This document shows, piece by piece, positions 59,899-64,000 of a DNA stretch of 64,000 nt. Every line of letters begins with the position of its first letter. The stretch's first letter is position 1. A model generated the notes under the pieces. The model made no database searches. It worked only from the letters and a program-made list of their open reading frames with translations, and had not been told where the DNA came from. The position numbers and the translations under genes are program-made. This DNA comes from Oikopleura dioica. Lineage: Eukaryota; Animalia; Chordata. The stretch lies in NCBI GenBank assembly GCA_907165135.1, contig OU015568.1, positions 8,680,001-8,744,000 of the forward strand, in the 5' to 3' direction.

Positions 59899-60486
59899 GA
59901 CGTGCTTTTTTTAAGGTTAACGAAGTTTTCCAGTCCACTTCCGCCTTATAGACCCCCAAACACCATACCTTTTTAGAATCAGTAGAAAATTTTAAGAATT
60001 TTGACCATTTAAAATTCCAGAAAACTCCACTTCCGGTCGATTCTAGAGCCGGAAGTTGACCAAATTTAGGTGTTAGGGTGAAGTGTGACCCATCAAATTA
60101 ATGCTCAGATGATTTCCTATCATTTGAGAAAAGAGTGAACACCGACGGGGATCAAACCAACCGGAAAAACTGAAAAAATTCATCATTTTATGCCATTTTT
60201 ACATGATTTTACCGGTCGGTTTGACCATATTTGGGACTATTTCTTCTGATATATTGATTACAGGATGATACAAAATCTTCTGAGCATCAATTTGATAGGT
60301 CACACTTCACCCTAACACCTAAATTTGGTCAACTTCCGGCTCTAGAATAGACCGGAAGTGGAGTTTTCTAAAATTTTAAATGGTCAAAATTCTTAAAATT
60401 TTCTACTGATTCTGAAAAGGTATGGTGTTTGGGGGTCTTTAAGGCGGAAGTGGGCTGGAAAACTTCGTTAACCTTAAAAGCACGTC
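59899..60486. mobile_element. Fold-back MITE with ~210-bp terminal inverted repeats
   Basis: 59899-~60110 is the near-perfect reverse complement of ~60270-60486. Ends are ambiguous: either TTAA-flanked (59915-60473) or extending to GACGTGC/GCACGTC. Confidence 0.8.
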
Positions 60487-60599
60487 ATGGTGACGTTAAT
60501 TGTGCGTTAAGTTGAACTGGCCCCGTTTCCCACAAGTCTAACGGCCAGGCTGAACCCTTGGAAAGGACCGTCACAGTTATTATTCTAGAGAAGAAACTA

Positions 60600-60950
60600 T
60601 AAATATTGCAAATTATGGTAATCAAACTGCAAATACCCCGAAAGTGGTTCCGTATTTACTCGTCCGATCGCTGTGAAAATTTTCCTTATCGCTCGCAAAG
60701 TACACTCCCCAAGACAAACAGATTTCGCAGCCATTGCAAAATCGCCAAGTTTCGCTTTTCCTTGCTGACGAAATCTTCCATTTCCGATCTCCTTTGTCGA
60801 TCGTTTTTCAGAGAGATTAGGACCACCGTTCCAATTATACAGAGCATAGTCGCTATAGTGACGCAGTATTTACACACAATCAGGAATCGTACTACCCCTT
60901 CTGTCTGGACAGCATCGATTCAAATTTGATATAAAACTCACACTTTCTGA
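60600..60950 (-). other. Possible small hydrophobic-protein gene or remnant, head-to-head with the Tctex gene
   Basis: GTGTGA/CCAG intron-like signals and the segment TEGVVRFLIVCKYCVTIATMLCIIGTVVLISLKNDRQRR. A degenerate copy lies at about 58470-58670. No clean full model. Confidence 0.25.
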
Positions 60951-60955
60951 TAACG

Positions 60956-62482
60956 ATGCCGCCCAGAGGACTGAAGGAGAAAAAGGTACCGTCCCAGTAA
61001 CAACTCATATCTGAGCTCGAAACACTAGAAAGCGAAGGGAAAAGAAGCGAAAAAGGCGGTAAACTTTGAACCGGAAGAAAAGCCACAAAAGAAATACTCA
61101 ACTCGAGTGCCGGTAGCTGTTTTTATTGAGAAAGTAAAAATAAAAATTTTCTTCAGGAAAAAATCAAGCATGATTTCCTCGATCGAAAAATCAAAAATTT
61201 TCTGTCAATCGTCTTAGGAAGCAGAGAATATCATCCAGAAAAGGCGAGAACATGGGTAAGGGCTCATCAAGATTGGCTCTTCTGACAACTTCGGGCATCA
61301 TGAATTCTAGAGCCCAATAAAGAGTATGGACCTCTCCTCACGAATCTCTGAAATGGTGAAGGAAGATAGCCCTGAAAACTTCAAACACATAGCTCTAGTA
61401 ATGATCGGAAGCGTGCAAGAGAAACCTTCGATATTCTTGGGCTCAAGATGTCTCTGGAACGAAGCTACTGACGATTTTATGAAAGGGTCAATTCTTTTCT
61501 TCCGAAAATTTAAAATTCTTTTTTCTAAAAAATGAGCCTAAAAGATCAGTGCGATTTCAAAATGAATCTCTCTACGCTGTCGCTCTTATTCAGGGTTCCA
61601 ATTTTGGCCGAAAAAATTTTGGAGTGGAGTGGAGAGATGAGTGGATAGCCCAAAAAATTTTTTGAGCGGAGTGGAGCGGTGAGTGGATGCCCAAAAAAAT
61701 GGTTGAGCGAGTGGAGTGGGTGAGCGGAGTGGATTTTGAGTGGATTTTGAGCGGATTTTTAGGGAAGTTTGAGCGATTAAAAATTTTTTTTTGCATTTCA
61801 TAATCCATTATAATGGGTCGTTGGGGGGAGGGTTATCAAAAAGGTTGAAAGAGAGCAGAATAACAAAAAAGGTTCGACCCCAAGAGCAGACAGAAACCGA
61901 AGTCATCTTTGCACGCCGTGAGCAAGCCTTTCCTTTTCTGAAAAAAGGGGTTTTAAGAAAGGGGGTGAAAGGAAGAGAAAGAGGGGGCGTAAAGAAGAGA
62001 GGTTGAAAAAGGTCGGGCCCCCACGAGCAGACAGAAACCGAAGTCTTCTTTGCACGCCGTGAGGAAGCCTTTCATTTTTCTGACCATCAAACTTTTATGA
62101 AGGAGTTGGTCCTAAATTGAAGGTTGACCCTGATATTATATCAGTGATTTATTCTCTTGATTATCCCCTGAGAGAATTTGATTCTTCATTTAAAAATGGA
62201 CAAAACTCGGTCTCCAATCACAATACGAGAAAAGGGGCGCTAAAGACAAAAATCCACTCCATCCGCTCAAAATCCACTCCATCCACTCAAAATCCACTCC
62301 AAAGTAGATTTTACAGGTTGGAGTGGAGTGGAGCGAATGAGTGGATACTAAAAATATAGGCTGAGCGAGTGGAGTGGAGTGGATCCACTCCGCTCACGCT
62401 CCACTCCACTCCGCTCAAAATCCACTCCATCGCTCAGCAAAATTGGAACCCTGCTCTTATTTACTGCCTCTATTACGAATAA
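60956..62482 (+). CDS. Tctex-1 domain dynein light chain (DYNLT family), last exon interrupted by a MITE
   Basis: MPPRGLKEKK|KAKGKE...|EKIKHDFLDRKIKNFLSIVLGSREYHPEKARTW|SMDLSSRISEMVK...FKHIALVMIG...GSRCLWNEATDDFMKG|SVRFQNESLYAVALI[element]YCLYYE*. This has the Tctex-1 RCLW and terminal Y.E motifs. Confidence 0.85.
61591..62453. mobile_element. hAT-type MITE (863 bp) in the Tctex-1 last coding exon
   Basis: TIR CAGGGTTCCAATTTTG / CAAAATTGGAACCCTG; 8-bp TSD CTCTTATT at 61583-61590 and 62454-62461; GGAGT/ACTCC subterminal repeats in opposite orientation; internal ~70-bp direct duplication near 61870-61950 and 62010-62085. Confidence 0.9.
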
Positions 62483-62641
62483 ATTAAAATTTCACTCCTG
62501 AGTACCAAGCTTTGACCTTTCAAGGTCAGTGTGCTGAAATCAACGAGGAAAATCACCAAGATGAATGTTCAAAAGCAAATTTGAAAAACATAAATTTTCA
62601 AATTTACAATTTCGGGTGCGGCCAATTTCTTCTGTTCTTCG

Positions 62642-62961
62642 GGCTGCTACTATTTTCTGGAGTTTGAAAAATTTGGAGTACTTTTTCTGGAAGTTGTAAA
62701 AAATTTCGTAGGTTCCGTTTGGAGCAACGAAATTTCTAATCGATTTTTAAGGGTGTTAAGGGCCTCCCGGCCTCAAACCCCGGCAAAAATGTGGGCCCGG
62801 GCCCGTTCTTTCTTTTGCCGGGGTCAGTTACCCTTAATTATTACTCTAACACCCTTAAAAATCGATTTGAAATTTCGTTGCTCCAAACGGAACCTACGAA
62901 ATTTTTACAACTTCCAGAAAAGTACTCCAAATTTTTCAAACTCCAGAAAATTGGGGTAGCC
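62642..62961. mobile_element. 320-bp palindromic MITE with 8-bp TSD
   Basis: ~110-bp inverted arms; GTTCTTCG duplicated at 62634-62641 and 62962-62969. Confidence 0.8.
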
Positions 62962-63374
62962 GTTCTTCGAGTGAAGCATGACTGTACATTACACTAGTAT
63001 TTGGAGATAAGGATCTTGGCTCTTGAATTCAAACTTTCAAGGCGCCGAAATTCGCGGCTCTCGAAAAGTTCAAACAGAATTATTCGAATTTAGACGCGTT
63101 TTTGAATGAAGGATCTCTTTCAAATTTAACAGCAACAAAGGAGTCACGGAAGTGGCACTATCTGTACCAGCCAAATTTGACGTGGACACAAACAGATAAA
63201 AAGGACAGATTGAAACGGGAAAGCTTTTACTCTCAATGTTAGCAAAAATGGAGTTTTGGCTGATTACTTATCACTGAAACGTTATCAGCAATAAGTGTTT
63301 TACTAAATAGAATTATTTGATTTATCAAAATATTTAAAGAAGAAATTCTGATTTTTATCGACTCCTTTATTTTT

Positions 63375-63663
63375 CTCAATATCCTGATTTTCAAAGTATT
63401 TCTCGGAAATTATACTGTGTCGACTCAGTACAGCTAGGATAGCCGTGTTCTACTTGATCTTTAGCTAAAATATACATTACAATTATTATCGCGAAAATTC
63501 AGTATTTTCCGCTGAGTATCCTTTCAAATTGAAGATACTGAATTTTGCGCTAAATTTCGAATGTTTATTATATTTGAATATCAAGCAAGGCTCTTCAATC
63601 GTGGCTGTACCGAGTTGACACAGTATAATTTCCGAAAAGTGCTTTGATAACCTGAAAATTGAG
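63375..63663. repeat. Degenerate inverted repeat (old MITE)
   Basis: ~60-bp imperfect arms, e.g. CGGAAATTATACTGTGTCGACTCAGTACAGC versus GCTGTACCGAGTTGACACAGTATAATTTCCG. Confidence 0.6.
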
Positions 63664-63689
63664 CAAAAAAGAGTTTTTTTGAAAATCTA

Positions 63690-63810
63690 TGCGACGCGTG
63701 ATCGGGCGCGTTGGCCCGTGCTCCCCCGCTTGGCTGTCCGCGATGACGTCATCAGCCGAATGGACCAATCAAAAAGTCCGACGGCGCTGGCGCACGCGCG
63801 TTTTCTCAAT
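63690..63810. promoter_or_regulatory. GC-rich promoter-like segment with CRE and CCAAT
   Basis: TGACGTCA at 63744-63751 and CCAAT at 63765-63769 in a CpG-rich island between AT-rich flanks. The target gene is not visible in the window. Confidence 0.35.
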
Positions 63811-64000
63811 TTTTCAGCCATTTTGAAAAGTATTACTACTCGCCACTAAAACTGCTGAATCACCCGAGCGAAGCCAGAAAAACTAAAAATAAAAGAAATT
63901 TGAAATAAAGAAGTTTTATCTTTTGATCTTATAAGAGAGATACGAAGAAATAAATTAGTAAAGAAGGTTGAATAAGAGATTTAAAAGAAGATTTTGGAGA

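Noticed and set aside
39-62482. Clustering of ciliary genes (HYDIN, WDR19, Tctex-1)
   Set aside because: They are interspersed with unrelated genes and no convincing shared X-box was found; chance is plausible in a gene-dense genome.
1-64000. tRNA, rRNA or other structured ncRNA genes
   Set aside because: No cloverleaf or rRNA-like sequence was recognised by eye; a covariance-model search would be needed to exclude small ncRNAs.

Overview
Eukaryotic, extremely compact genomic DNA: introns mostly 40-60 nt, tight gene spacing, splice-acceptor-like sites just before start codons. This looks like a larvacean tunicate such as Oikopleura dioica (inference, not verified). Genes in order: 3' part of HYDIN (+); a dCK/dGK-family deoxynucleoside kinase (+); GET1/WRB (+); WDR19/IFT144 (+); an A1CF/RBM47-family RRM protein (-); a small one-TM ORF (-); a ~8,800-aa titin A-band fragment (-); two tandem scramblase-like paralogs (-); a Tctex-1 domain dynein light chain (+). 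Several MITE-type DNA elements are present. Highlights: (1) The kinase has two tandem, obligately mutually exclusive copies of the base-binding exon, with a reciprocal Q/D to E/N swap at the specificity residues. (2) The titin has six 7-domain and three 11-domain super-repeats, but begins with the C-terminal half of an Fn3 and ends with the N-terminal half of an Fn3, with no Z/I-band or kinase/M-band in the window, suggesting a split titin. (3) That titin carries an Ig nested inside an Ig and an Fn3 nested inside an Fn3. (4) A 4.76-kb hAT-type element carrying a hairpin satellite sits in a WDR19 coding exon and can be removed as an in-frame GT-AG intron. Eight apparent frameshifts all fall in homopolymer runs and are treated as consensus errors. 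All coordinates, splice models and alignments were derived by eye; no database search or folding was run.
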